DNA of 64,000 nucleotides from positions 6,605-70,604 of the forward strand of contig CAZAOT010000004.1 in NCBI GenBank assembly GCA_964487045.1, written 5' to 3'. The position numbers were made by a program, and so were the translations under genes. Below, one piece after another: positions 48,382 through 58,065 of the stretch. Below the pieces are notes generated by a model. The model made no database searches and was not told the origin of the DNA. It saw nothing but the letters and a program-made list of their open reading frames with translations. The stretch comes from an uncultured Candidatus Saccharibacteria bacterium (GTDB taxonomy: Bacteria > Patescibacteriota > UBA1384 > DTJR01). How positions within the stretch are numbered: position 1 is the first letter of the stretch; every line of letters begins with the position of its first letter.

Positions 48382-51300
48382 TTAGCTACTGGCTTCACTC
48401 CTAAGCCTCATTCTTAGCCCGCCCGCCGAGTGATTTCCACTAATTCGTCCCCCACCTCTAAACTCTACATAATGATCTCCGCCGGGAGAAGGTACGACAT
48501 TAACAGTGGCCTCTACCGGCTCAATAATATATGCTGACTGCTCACTACCAAACCTTTTCGTCAGGATGTCACGACTAAGCCCAGCCGTCGAAAGAGCACT
48601 GTCAGTGATAAATATGGATACTTTAGCTTTTGGCGCTTTAGCCTTAATAGCTGCGAGCTTTTTGGTGACAGCGGCTAAATGCCCATAGAGAATATCGGGC
48701 GAGTGGTTCCCGTAAATCTGGTCAAACACAAAGGACATTTCTTGCTGCTCGCCAATTGTAATCGGCTCAAAGAATACTATCTCGTCGGAAATACTACCTT
48801 CGTTAGCATCCTTGTTAGCATCTTGGCTGTATAAGTAGAATTTGTTCGGATCACCAAAAGTCAGATTTGTATCATTATTGCAACCCGTAGTGTTACACGC
48901 CAAACACTGTCTCATATTCTCGATAATAGGAATCCAGCTATTTGTAATATTGCTGTTTATAGTTAGAGCTGAATCACTTCCTCTTAAATTCCTTAACACC
49001 TCTTGCGTCGCGGTTTGATATTGAGTTGCGCCCTGTTTTTGTGACTCATCGAGCATAGTCTTGAGTTTGTTTTCAATTTCCAATATCGCTTTTTCAAGCA
49101 CAGTCATCTGCTCCCTAATCTCCTGGAGATAAGCAGCTATTGCATCTTTATCCTCTTTTTCGGTGATCTTCTCCTGATTCTTCGAAGCAATACTCTCTAG
49201 ATAGATTAAGTCCTGAGAAATTGCTCGTGCTCCCGAGTCGGTTTTAAACTCCTCGCCTATATCATTAAAGATCCTTACTATGTTAGCGTTTGGTACAAGC
49301 TTCGCACGTAAAGCGTCTACCAGTTTTCGATACTCCGTTCGCTTCTCGACCAAATTCATTGAAGTTGTCGCCAGCTTCACCGTTGATTGTATTGACTTAA
49401 GCTTTTCAATAACCGGCATATCCGAATTCAACTTATCAACTGCCAAGAATTCTTCAACGATATTAAGTTCTTCTTCGGATATCGGTAAATCCTTCCCCAT
49501 TTCAATCTGTATCTTTTTTGCCAAAGCGCTGTTGACCTTACTCGAGCTATAATGCTCGACTAGCGATACATAAGGACGCATTTCTTCTGGATAAGTATCG
49601 GGATCAGCATAAACCTCTAATGCCAATAAAATTCCTTCTAGTTTATCATCCACTGTACGAATATTCCCAAGATGCTGAACTATTACCTCTTCTTGTAATA
49701 TGGGCTGAATTTCAGCGAGCTCCTGGTCGGACAAACCGATTACTTCAGTTGGAATAAATGCTGCCTTATCTCTTTCTTTCAAGTACTCTTTGATATATTT
49801 GTAATGCTGGTTATCCGCTGAAAAATATTCCACCAACTCCTTTTCTAAGTCATCCCCCCTAAACATTTTCCCTTGTCTAAACTGATCCCACTTACCATTT
49901 ACAGTCAGGGCCAAAAAGAGCATTAATAAAGCTGTTTTCTCTTCGTCCTTCGATTTTATATTGCCTAAATAGATCAAGATATCCTTTAACGCTCGAATAT
50001 CCTTGACCTCCATTTTCTCAGGCAACTTATCAAATCCAAGCCTGTCTTTGAAACTTACTTGAAGCCTAGAGAGGGTTTCTTTTTTAAATTCTTCGATTAC
50101 CCCTACCCGATCATTACCCAGCTCAAGCTTATCTGAAAAATCCTTCAGAAGATTCCTAATTGGGAGCAAATCCCGCACACTATATTCCTTGGCTTCTTCC
50201 GGCAAGTGCGTACCAAGAGCGCCGACTTCTGGATTTTTAGGTGGTTGTTTTTGTTCAAGAACAACAAGCTGTGCCTGAAAAAGAGGATAGATATTCTCGA
50301 CGAAATCTTCTAATTCTTTTGGATTAAGCTGTTTAAAAATACGATCGAAATCCTTATACAAAGCAGGCGATGCACCTAATATTTCCTTGGTTACACCATA
50401 AAAATATGATCTGTCTTCATTTCCCCAGCGATTTTTATCAAAGTAAGCTTCTTGGTCCATGAGCATCTGCCCCAGCTGGCGCTTGGTCTCAAAAGCTGTA
50501 TGTCCTTTTAAAAACGCACTATCCATTCCTTCGATCAAACCGGCCATTGCTTGTATATGCCTTAAGTGCCCCGCACCTTCGTTTTTTTGAATGAGTCTAG
50601 CTAGCAAGACCGCATCGACGTTTGATTTAGATTCGGTGAGCTTTTGGATATGATCAAGATAAGCCTTTCGATAATTTTCAAAGACGAAGCTCATTACTTC
50701 AGGATCCTTAAAATAATCTTCGATCCACTGAACTTGCGTTCCCCCCATACTTCTAACAAACCCAGAGAGATAAATAACCCAGTTATCTTTAGTAATAGGT
50801 TGTGTTTGTTCAGGATTATTCTTGGCAAAGTCATATTCAGGAATTCTTGAGCTTTCAAGTAAGGCTGTGTTTTCCTCGCTTAGTCTGCCGGCATAATGCT
50901 CAGCTACTACAAACTTCAAGCCGACATCACTTGCTTGCATATTTTCAAGAATAATTTTACAAAGCCGTTCAATGCTTTCCTGAGGATGCTTTTCGCGGTT
51001 TCTAATGATGTCTGAAACAATGTCTCTAAGCCCCCATATTGATGATTCTTCTGGTATCGCTCCATGCATTTTTGCCAGAGAATCTAGAGCTAACTCGATA
51101 TCAACCTCGTCAACGTTAGAGCCGCTCTTATTATCTAGTAAAATCATTTTCATAACCAAGTCATCACTCTGCTCTAGCAATGATTGCATCGCTGTTGCTT
51201 GATCTAAAAATATCGCGTCAAGCCTCTTTTGGGTCTTAGCGTTGCCCATCCGAATAGCAGATTTGAATATGTTATTGAGTATTAACGCGACAAATCTTTT

Positions 51301-53835
51301 TTGCTGACTAGTCCCGTCTCTGAGCAAATTTAAATGCTGGTCTATGACTTTTTTGCGCTGATTTATTTGTTCCTCATCTTCAAGATTTTTAATTAGCGTC
51401 CATCTGCCAATTTCAGACGAAATTGCGTCAGCAATCGCCTTAAAGCTCTTTGGATCTTTTGCACCTTCGTAGTATTTGGTCAAATACTCGATCGCCTCTG
51501 GTTTACCGTGGACCGAAGCGCGGGCAAGCGACTGGGCAAACTCATTATCCATCGCCTCAGCAATTGGCTTTTTTTCATCAAGCGTCTTTAAAAACTTTCC
51601 ATAAACCTCACTTGGTCCAGCCATACTTAAAAGCATCAATATATTGTTTCTGTCTTGATCTTTTAGGCTCTCAATAAAATTGAGGTTTTCCATGGACCTC
51701 TCGACGATACCTGGTAAAAAATCTAAAGAGCCCGGCTCAATAGAATCTGAAGTCAATCTCATTTTCATATGATTGATATAATCAATATGTTCAGATTCGG
51801 GAGCCGCATCAAATATTCGCGCTGCATATCGGCAATTATCCTTAGTCAGATATCTCTGCAAATAATCTTTAGCAATAACTGGTTCCTGGAGTGCCATTTC
51901 TATTATGTCGCCTTGGCCATCACTAACTTCGTTAGCTGTGTAAGCCAAATGTGCATATAATGAAATTTTTTCTCTCCTGGAAGCTCCACTAAGCAATCGC
52001 TCAGCAACCCTAGCAAAATTTTTTCCTTGTATGCGACGAAACGATTCGTCATATATTCTTCTGGCCCCTAAAGGACTTCTGCTATTTTGAATCAGCCGGC
52101 GCAGGCCTGTATTTTCTTCACGAGCCAAAAAGGCCTTTAACTCTTCCTGATCCAATCCTGCAACGTAACTATTATATGCATTAGGAACATCGCTACGCGA
52201 TGAGTACATCAGTGGCCGCTCACCCGATCCCCCGGGTTGAGTATAGGCAAAAAATGTCAGTATTGGTAATGCCTCAACATTCTTAAATTTAGTTAGCTGC
52301 AACTCTAATTCTGCAGCATCATGGCGCATCTCACTTCCCTTATCAAAAATCATCTCTAACCTTGCGTCGATGATCATTTTTTCGACCTGGTCTAGCCTTT
52401 CCTTGGTAAATCTATCGATCACCTCCGGATCACTCCTAAAAGCATTCCAGAGATCAGGGTCCAACATAAACGGCGCCAGTGCATTCTTTTTTGCGCCTTC
52501 TAATTCGGTTTTTTTATTTCTGATCAGAGACTCTGTGCTATACCACCCAGAGCTATAATCAGTGGTGGTCACAAACCGATCGGCAATTTCAATCTGTCGA
52601 TTGATGAGCTGAATCATCTCAAAACGCACATCTCCCTGGAGAATCTTGGCAACAGGAGTGACATCGATTTCCTGAGGAATTCGTTCGATCTGAGAGCTTA
52701 AATAGCTTACGTCAAAATATTGGCAAACCTTTTCTATCTTGATGCCTAAATCACGAACTAGTTCCTCTTCTTTCTCTGGCTGAGCTGCTTTGGCAATAAG
52801 AAATTCAGAAATATCTTTAGTCAACCCCTCAACCATTAAGAAACCAGAGGGAATATGGTAGGAGTCTATTATTTGCTTCAGCTTTTCACTTATGAGGCTT
52901 AATTCTATTCGTTTTTTAGCTTCCTGGCTAATCGCTAAATCTTGGTTTTCGACTGTTTGGTCGAGATCGGGATAAGTAACATTTTCGATTCTTTCTCCAA
53001 TGTTGTGATTGATTATGGCAATTAGTTTTTCTTTAGAATATTCCAAGTCATAATAGCCTCCTACAGGATAAATCACTGCCTGCTTTAGATCCAGTAGTTC
53101 AAAATAGTCCTTTTGGATCGCCGCCCGCTGTACATCATTGGCTAAAAGACGGCGGCGAGCCTCCTTAATATCTTCATCTTCGCGGCCAAAAGCTTTTCTA
53201 ATCTTTCGGATTGGATGCATGTGATAATGTCGGTAAATCAGGTCACGATCGGCCCAGGTTTGATCGGTTAATTTATCAAGCCTGCTTCGCATATCTTCGA
53301 CTGATTCGGCGCCATGCTCAGCCAATAGTTTTTGAGTCGAGGTTGCTACAGCACTCTCGACATATTTTATAAACGAATTTATCTTTTGAGCATCTTCTAG
53401 CCTGATTCTCTCAAGATTTTCAATTTCGCTGATAAGCTCAACCGCTTCCTCCACCCGGACCCCTGCTTGAGCATCATCTTCCTTGAAAGCCTCCATTTTT
53501 TCATTGAGCGCTTTGTAGAGCTTTTCGGTCATATCCTTAATATCGCCAACATGCCCCTTCATCTGAACAATAAATGCCTTAATATCCGGCACCTCAACAA
53601 CTCTACCTGGTGGCTCAGACGCTGTCGGTTCCGTTACATCAGTCGCTCTACTCTTTATCTGTTCAGCTCTAGACTTTTTGACTGAGCGAGCCGCGGCGGT
53701 AGCTTCTAAAATTGCTTCCAAACTATTCAGTTCAGACTCAGTTTGGACAAAAATATCACTCTTGGCTCCAGACTCAGCAACTGGCTCACCAACTTCTTGC
53801 TCCTCACTACCAATAATTTCCGGCTGATCCGGCAT
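48382..53835 (-). CDS. Giant 1817-aa soluble hypothetical protein (ORFan)
   Basis: One uninterrupted ORF with an AAGGAG ribosome-binding site. No signal peptide, TM helix or recognisable catalytic motif. It appears predominantly alpha-helical and acidic, with a Cys cluster (CLACNTTGC) near the C-terminus. Confidence 0.6.
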   Translation of the reverse strand: MPDQPEIIGSEEQEVGEPVAESGAKSDIFVQTESELNSLEAILEATAAARSVKKSRAEQIKSRATDVTEPTASEPPGRVVEVPDIKAFIVQMKGHVGDIKDMTEKLYKALNEKMEAFKEDDAQAGVRVEEAVELISEIENLERIRLEDAQKINSFIKYVESAVATSTQKLLAEHGAESVEDMRSRLDKLTDQTWADRDLIYRHYHMHPIRKIRKAFGREDEDIKEARRRLLANDVQRAAIQKDYFELLDLKQAVIYPVGGYYDLEYSKEKLIAIINHNIGERIENVTYPDLDQTVENQDLAISQEAKKRIELSLISEKLKQIIDSYHIPSGFLMVEGLTKDISEFLIAKAAQPEKEEELVRDLGIKIEKVCQYFDVSYLSSQIERIPQEIDVTPVAKILQGDVRFEMIQLINRQIEIADRFVTTTDYSSGWYSTESLIRNKKTELEGAKKNALAPFMLDPDLWNAFRSDPEVIDRFTKERLDQVEKMIIDARLEMIFDKGSEMRHDAAELELQLTKFKNVEALPILTFFAYTQPGGSGERPLMYSSRSDVPNAYNSYVAGLDQEELKAFLAREENTGLRRLIQNSRSPLGARRIYDESFRRIQGKNFARVAERLLSGASRREKISLYAHLAYTANEVSDGQGDIIEMALQEPVIAKDYLQRYLTKDNCRYAARIFDAAPESEHIDYINHMKMRLTSDSIEPGSLDFLPGIVERSMENLNFIESLKDQDRNNILMLLSMAGPSEVYGKFLKTLDEKKPIAEAMDNEFAQSLARASVHGKPEAIEYLTKYYEGAKDPKSFKAIADAISSEIGRWTLIKNLEDEEQINQRKKVIDQHLNLLRDGTSQQKRFVALILNNIFKSAIRMGNAKTQKRLDAIFLDQATAMQSLLEQSDDLVMKMILLDNKSGSNVDEVDIELALDSLAKMHGAIPEESSIWGLRDIVSDIIRNREKHPQESIERLCKIILENMQASDVGLKFVVAEHYAGRLSEENTALLESSRIPEYDFAKNNPEQTQPITKDNWVIYLSGFVRSMGGTQVQWIEDYFKDPEVMSFVFENYRKAYLDHIQKLTESKSNVDAVLLARLIQKNEGAGHLRHIQAMAGLIEGMDSAFLKGHTAFETKRQLGQMLMDQEAYFDKNRWGNEDRSYFYGVTKEILGASPALYKDFDRIFKQLNPKELEDFVENIYPLFQAQLVVLEQKQPPKNPEVGALGTHLPEEAKEYSVRDLLPIRNLLKDFSDKLELGNDRVGVIEEFKKETLSRLQVSFKDRLGFDKLPEKMEVKDIRALKDILIYLGNIKSKDEEKTALLMLFLALTVNGKWDQFRQGKMFRGDDLEKELVEYFSADNQHYKYIKEYLKERDKAAFIPTEVIGLSDQELAEIQPILQEEVIVQHLGNIRTVDDKLEGILLALEVYADPDTYPEEMRPYVSLVEHYSSSKVNSALAKKIQIEMGKDLPISEEELNIVEEFLAVDKLNSDMPVIEKLKSIQSTVKLATTSMNLVEKRTEYRKLVDALRAKLVPNANIVRIFNDIGEEFKTDSGARAISQDLIYLESIASKNQEKITEKEDKDAIAAYLQEIREQMTVLEKAILEIENKLKTMLDESQKQGATQYQTATQEVLRNLRGSDSALTINSNITNSWIPIIENMRQCLACNTTGCNNDTNLTFGDPNKFYLYSQDANKDANEGSISDEIVFFEPITIGEQQEMSFVFDQIYGNHSPDILYGHLAAVTKKLAAIKAKAPKAKVSIFITDSALSTAGLSRDILTKRFGSEQSAYIIEPVEATVNVVPSPGGDHYVEFRGGGRISGNHSAGGLRMRLRSEASS

Positions 53836-54159
53836 AATTTTCTCCTTGACTTAATTTTAGCTTGCCATAAGCAATAAATAAAGTAGCTAGCTTGTTAACT
53901 ATTTGGGATTATTTTGGCATAATTTGCCAGGCAGTTAAGAGACTTGTCTCTTGGCTGACTACTACCAAAGAAAGCTGGTGCTGAAGATGTCTGACGTACT
54001 CGAGCTGTTGAGGCAATTCGGGACTGGAGAAGTCAAGCTGGATGCGCTCGATGAGGCACACAGACTCACCCACAAGGGGACCGTGAACTACAAACGGTCC
54101 CCTTTTCAAATACTCAAAAAAATAGAGTAATATTAAGTTAATAATTACTAAGGGGGAAT

Positions 54160-55083
54160 ATGGACCAAGTTTCACAATCTGCGCCAAGCGAGCAAGCATC
54201 ACTGCAGGCGCCTAAAAAATCGAATACTTGCCTTGTCGTTGCGATAATTTTATTTATTATTTTTATAGTCCTTGCTGCTGGAGGATATTTGATTTACAAA
54301 AAAGGCTCAGGCGTATTGAAAAGTGCTGTTAGCTCAATAACGCTTAATCCGAACTGTAAACAAAATGATCCAGATTTGTGCAAATTCCTAAACAACTGGC
54401 AATCGATTGATTATTTTACCGCCAATTCAACTTCAACGTTTGAAGGTAAAGAGCAAAAATCAGTTATGAAGTCTGTCGGAGATGATAAATTTCAAATGAC
54501 TAATATTACTGGTGGAAGTGAAAATTACAATATGATTTCTATCGGCAACACTACTTATACAAAAGACTATACAGATGGCAAATGGCTCAAAACTACTCTT
54601 GAGCCAACCAAATCAGATGCAAGTGCGACTGAAATAAAAGACGAATTTGATTTTAACGTCGAAGAAGATCAAACGACTTACAAAAAAATAGGCAAGGAAG
54701 CTTGCGGCAAATTGACATGTTTTAAATATCAGGTTATAGATCCACAAATGGCCGAATTAAACAGCAAGGAGTATATACTTTTTGACGACAAGGATTATCT
54801 GCTACGAAAAACCATTACCGAAGGACCGGACAATAATTTAGCGACCAGCGAATTCGACTACTCAAAAATTACAATCATCGAGCCCTCACCGATCAAGGAA
54901 GGCCCCACTAATATCCAGATCCAAAGCACTACCTCTGGCTCATCGAGCACAAATACCACCTCAAACTCAAGCTCTGATTCCGAGCAAACGATGGAAGAAA
55001 TTCAGCAGGAACTAGAAAATATTAGCACTGAATTACAAAACGCCGATCAACCAGCTATTCCCGCCGAACCTGTTGTCGAGTAA
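54160..55083 (+). CDS. Membrane-anchored extracytoplasmic hypothetical protein
   Basis: N-terminal TM helix (CLVVAIILFIIFIVLAAGGYLIY), then a Ser/Thr/Asn-rich ectodomain. Confidence 0.5.
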   Translation: MDQVSQSAPSEQASLQAPKKSNTCLVVAIILFIIFIVLAAGGYLIYKKGSGVLKSAVSSITLNPNCKQNDPDLCKFLNNWQSIDYFTANSTSTFEGKEQKSVMKSVGDDKFQMTNITGGSENYNMISIGNTTYTKDYTDGKWLKTTLEPTKSDASATEIKDEFDFNVEEDQTTYKKIGKEACGKLTCFKYQVIDPQMAELNSKEYILFDDKDYLLRKTITEGPDNNLATSEFDYSKITIIEPSPIKEGPTNIQIQSTTSGSSSTNTTSNSSSDSEQTMEEIQQELENISTELQNADQPAIPAEPVVE

Positions 55084-55260
55084 TTATTCTGGGTTAGAGG
55101 TCTGTAGATCGCTAAAATAGCCCTCAGGCGAAATTGAGTCAAAATCAAATGTATTAGCTACTTTGTATTTGCTATAAAATTTGAAACTGAAAATGCAAAC
55201 CGAAGCGACTAGAACTACAAGCAATACGATTAAAAATGTTTTGTTTTTTACTTTTTTCAT
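55084..55260 (-). CDS. Possible 58-aa single-TM small protein (under 60 aa, so absent from the ORF track)
   Basis: Translated by hand: MKKVKNKTFLIVLLVVLVASVCIFSFKFYSKYKVANTFDFDSISPEGYFSDLQTSNPE. Confidence 0.2.
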   Translation of the reverse strand: MKKVKNKTFLIVLLVVLVASVCIFSFKFYSKYKVANTFDFDSISPEGYFSDLQTSNPE

Positions 55261-55376
55261 ATTATTAGATTATCGGATTTTTAAGTAGAAATAAAGGGTC
55301 GTGGCTGCGCGCTTCGAATCCCTGCGGAACCAACTCCAAACAAAAACAGCTCCTATCGGAGCAATTTTTGTTTGTC

Positions 55377-55450
55377 TGGTTCCCGGGCAGGGATTCGAAC
55401 CCCAATTCTTTGGACCAAAACCAAATGTCCTGCCGTTAGACGACCCGGGA
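55377..55450 (-). tRNA. tRNA-Gln (anticodon TTG), with encoded CCA
   Basis: Hand-folded: acceptor TCCCGGG/CCCGGGA, anticodon stem TTTGG/CCAAA with loop TTTTGGT, T-loop GGGGTTCGAATCCC. Confidence 0.8.
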
Positions 55451-55570
55451 ATACAAAAACAATATACCTTTTAAATGAAGTTTTCTCAAGTGGCTTAGTG
55501 GTAAAATTAGATTTGAAAATACGTTTCGATCAGGTATATTAAGAGAAATATCAAATAATATTTTATATAT

Positions 55571-57106
55571 ATGACAGACGAATTTGAAAAAGCACAAGAA
55601 GATATCAATCAGTCGAGTGATCTTGATAATCGATTGGATCAAGATAGCGATAAGAATGTAATTACCCCAAGAAGCACGGACTACTCAAAATGGTACCTAG
55701 ATATCATTAAAGCAGGAAAGCTTGCAGATAACTCACCAGTTCGTGGCTGCATGGTGATTAGGGAAAATGGCTACGCTCTTTGGGAAAATATTCAGTCAAC
55801 CCTCGATAAAATGTTTAAAGAAAAAGGGATTAAAAACGCATATTTCCCCCTGTTTATCCCAAAAAGTTTTTTTGAAAAAGAGGCTGAGCACGTCGAGGGA
55901 TTTGCCAAGGAATGCGCAGTTGTTACGCATAGCCGACTTAAACTAGAAGATGGAAAACTAGTTCCCGATGGCAAATTAGATGAACCGCTTATCGTCAGAC
56001 CGACTTCTGAAACCATAATATACTCAATGTATTCGAAGTGGATTAATTCATTTCGTGATTTGCCAGTTTTAGTAAATCAGTGGGCTAATATTGTCCGCTG
56101 GGAACTTCGAACAAGACCATTTCTAAGAACCACCGAATTTCTTTGGCAAGAAGGTCACACTGCCCATGCTTCAGAAGATGAGGCTGAAAAAATGACACTC
56201 GATATGCTGGACGTTTACGCAAAATTTGCCGAAGAATACATGGCAATTCCAGTGATCAAAGGAAAGAAATCAGAAAGTGAAAAATTCGCCGGAGCAGTCT
56301 TCACCACTTCGATCGAAGCAATGATGCAAGACGGCAAAGCTTTGCAATGTGGCACGTCGCATATGCTAGGGCAAAATTTTGCAAAACCATTTGATGTGAA
56401 ATTTGCCTCTAAAGAAGGAACTGAGGAATACGTTTGGCAAACAAGCTGGGGTATTTCTACTAGAATAATTGGTGCGCTAATAATGACTCATTCAGACGAT
56501 GTCGGATTGGTAATGCCACCAAAGATTGCCCCAACCCAAGTGGTTATAATACCAATTGAAAAAGATGGTGTAACCGAGTCTCCTGTTATTGCAAAAGCCA
56601 AGGAGATTCAGAATTCACTTAAAGAAAAATTTTCTGTAGAGATTGATCTAACAGACGGCAGACCTGGCTCCAAGTTCTTTAACTGGGAAAGGATGGGAGT
56701 GCCGGTTCGTATCGAAATCGGTCCACGAGACCTAGAGAATAATAAAGTGATTGCAGTCAGACGAGACACAGGCGAAAAATCTGAAATTCAAATGGAAAAT
56801 ATTAGCGCTGAGATCGAGAAAATTCTCGACAATATGCAAAGATCACTCTTCGACAAGGCCTTGGCCCATCAGCAAAACAAAACATTCGAAACCTCATCCT
56901 ACGAGGAGCTCAAGGATATTTTTGCTAAAGAAAATGCTTTTGTTTATATCGACTGGTGCAGCGAATCTGAGTGTGAAGAAAAGATTCAAGAAGAAACTGG
57001 CGCTACTACTAGATGTATCCCATTTGACCAAAGCCCTAAAGGCGAAGTTTGCGTCGCCTGTGGTAAACCAGCCAAAGAACGCGTGCTCCTAGATAAAGCT
57101 TATTAA
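55571..57106 (+). CDS. proS: Prolyl-tRNA synthetase, archaeal/eukaryotic-type class II
   Basis: Class II motifs and a C-terminal zinc-binding domain (WCSESECEE...CVACGKPA...Y). Lacks the bacterial-type editing insertion. Confidence 0.9.
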   Translation: MTDEFEKAQEDINQSSDLDNRLDQDSDKNVITPRSTDYSKWYLDIIKAGKLADNSPVRGCMVIRENGYALWENIQSTLDKMFKEKGIKNAYFPLFIPKSFFEKEAEHVEGFAKECAVVTHSRLKLEDGKLVPDGKLDEPLIVRPTSETIIYSMYSKWINSFRDLPVLVNQWANIVRWELRTRPFLRTTEFLWQEGHTAHASEDEAEKMTLDMLDVYAKFAEEYMAIPVIKGKKSESEKFAGAVFTTSIEAMMQDGKALQCGTSHMLGQNFAKPFDVKFASKEGTEEYVWQTSWGISTRIIGALIMTHSDDVGLVMPPKIAPTQVVIIPIEKDGVTESPVIAKAKEIQNSLKEKFSVEIDLTDGRPGSKFFNWERMGVPVRIEIGPRDLENNKVIAVRRDTGEKSEIQMENISAEIEKILDNMQRSLFDKALAHQQNKTFETSSYEELKDIFAKENAFVYIDWCSESECEEKIQEETGATTRCIPFDQSPKGEVCVACGKPAKERVLLDKAY

Positions 57107-57161
57107 TAAACTTAAAAATTGCCGACTTGTCACGGGCAAGGTCAAGCGGTAAAGTCTTTTT

Positions 57162-58004
57162 ATGGCCGAATACAAACCGCCGCGCTCAGCAGCTTGGAAT
57201 TTCCACCCGGAAAACTCAAAACCATATCGAATGAGTCGATCTGGCTTAGAGTTATTTGTGAAGTGCCCAAACTGCTTCTATATCGATAAAAGACTTGGTG
57301 TGGCTCCCCCACCAATCCCTTCATTTACCTTGAACTCAGCTGTCGATCATTTGCTCAAAAAAGAATTCGATATTCATCGCGCCAAGGATACCCGCCATCC
57401 ACTGCTTGAAAAGTATGGCGTCGATGCCAAGCCCGTCAATCACGAACGCCTGGAAATTTGGCGAGATACTTTTAAAGGTATCAGCACGCTACATCAAAAG
57501 ACTAATATCGAATTTTACGGTGGAATTGACGATCTTTGGATCAATTCAAAAGGTGAATTTATAGTTGTTGATTATAAAGCGACTTCCAAAGATGGCAAAA
57601 TTGATATCGATGGCTTCTGGCAGCAAGCCTATAAAAGACAACTTGAAATTTATCAATGGATTTTAAGGCAAAGCGGATTTAAGGTTTCGAATAAGGGATA
57701 TTTTGTTTATTGTAACGGCAAGAAAGACCGCTCAGCCTTCGACGGAAAATTAGAGTTTGACATCGAACTAATCGAATATATAGGTGATGACTCGTGGGTT
57801 GAGCCTACTCTTATTAAAGCTAAGCAGTGTTTAATGCAAGATGCTCCGCCACCACCGAGCGAAAACTGCGAGCTTTGTAGATTTAAAAAAGCAATTGATG
57901 ATACTAAAAAGATTGGAAAATCTGGTTTGGACGTGAAAGAAAAAAGTAAATCTGAAGAAAAAATCGACAAACCAACAAAATACGTCAAAACTCAGCTTTT
58001 ATAA
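57162..58004 (+). CDS. Cas4-like / RecB-family PD-(D/E)xK nuclease with a 4-Cys Fe-S cluster signature (stand-alone)
   Basis: N-terminus RMSRSGLELFVKCPNCFY matches the Cas4 S-x-S...CP motif. The nuclease core is GIDDL ... VVDYK ... QLEIYQWIL (D, D/E-x-K, Q-x3-Y). C-terminal cysteines are C-x12-C-x2-C. Confidence 0.65.
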   Translation: MAEYKPPRSAAWNFHPENSKPYRMSRSGLELFVKCPNCFYIDKRLGVAPPPIPSFTLNSAVDHLLKKEFDIHRAKDTRHPLLEKYGVDAKPVNHERLEIWRDTFKGISTLHQKTNIEFYGGIDDLWINSKGEFIVVDYKATSKDGKIDIDGFWQQAYKRQLEIYQWILRQSGFKVSNKGYFVYCNGKKDRSAFDGKLEFDIELIEYIGDDSWVEPTLIKAKQCLMQDAPPPPSENCELCRFKKAIDDTKKIGKSGLDVKEKSKSEEKIDKPTKYVKTQLL

Positions 58005-58008
58005 AGCA

Positions 58009-58040
58009 ATGGCCCCTCAAGCGTCAGCCTGAGAGGCCAT
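58009..58040. terminator. Imperfect GC-rich hairpin (ATGGCCCCTCA-N11-TGAGAGGCCAT) between convergent genes
   Basis: Read directly. A U-rich tail is present on the minus-strand side. Confidence 0.4.
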
Positions 58041-58065
58041 GAAACGACTAGCTGTCGATCATCTG

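Noticed and set aside
53909-54202. 97-aa minus-strand ORF
   Set aside because: It spans the promoter/terminator region between the giant gene and the 54160 gene and crosses the GC-islet boundary. It has no ribosome-binding site.
55301-55345. A second tRNA on the plus strand
   Set aside because: Only the T-arm and a truncated acceptor 3' strand are present, and the upstream sequence is AT-rich and cannot form D or anticodon arms. It is treated as a partial inverted duplicate of tRNA-Gln.
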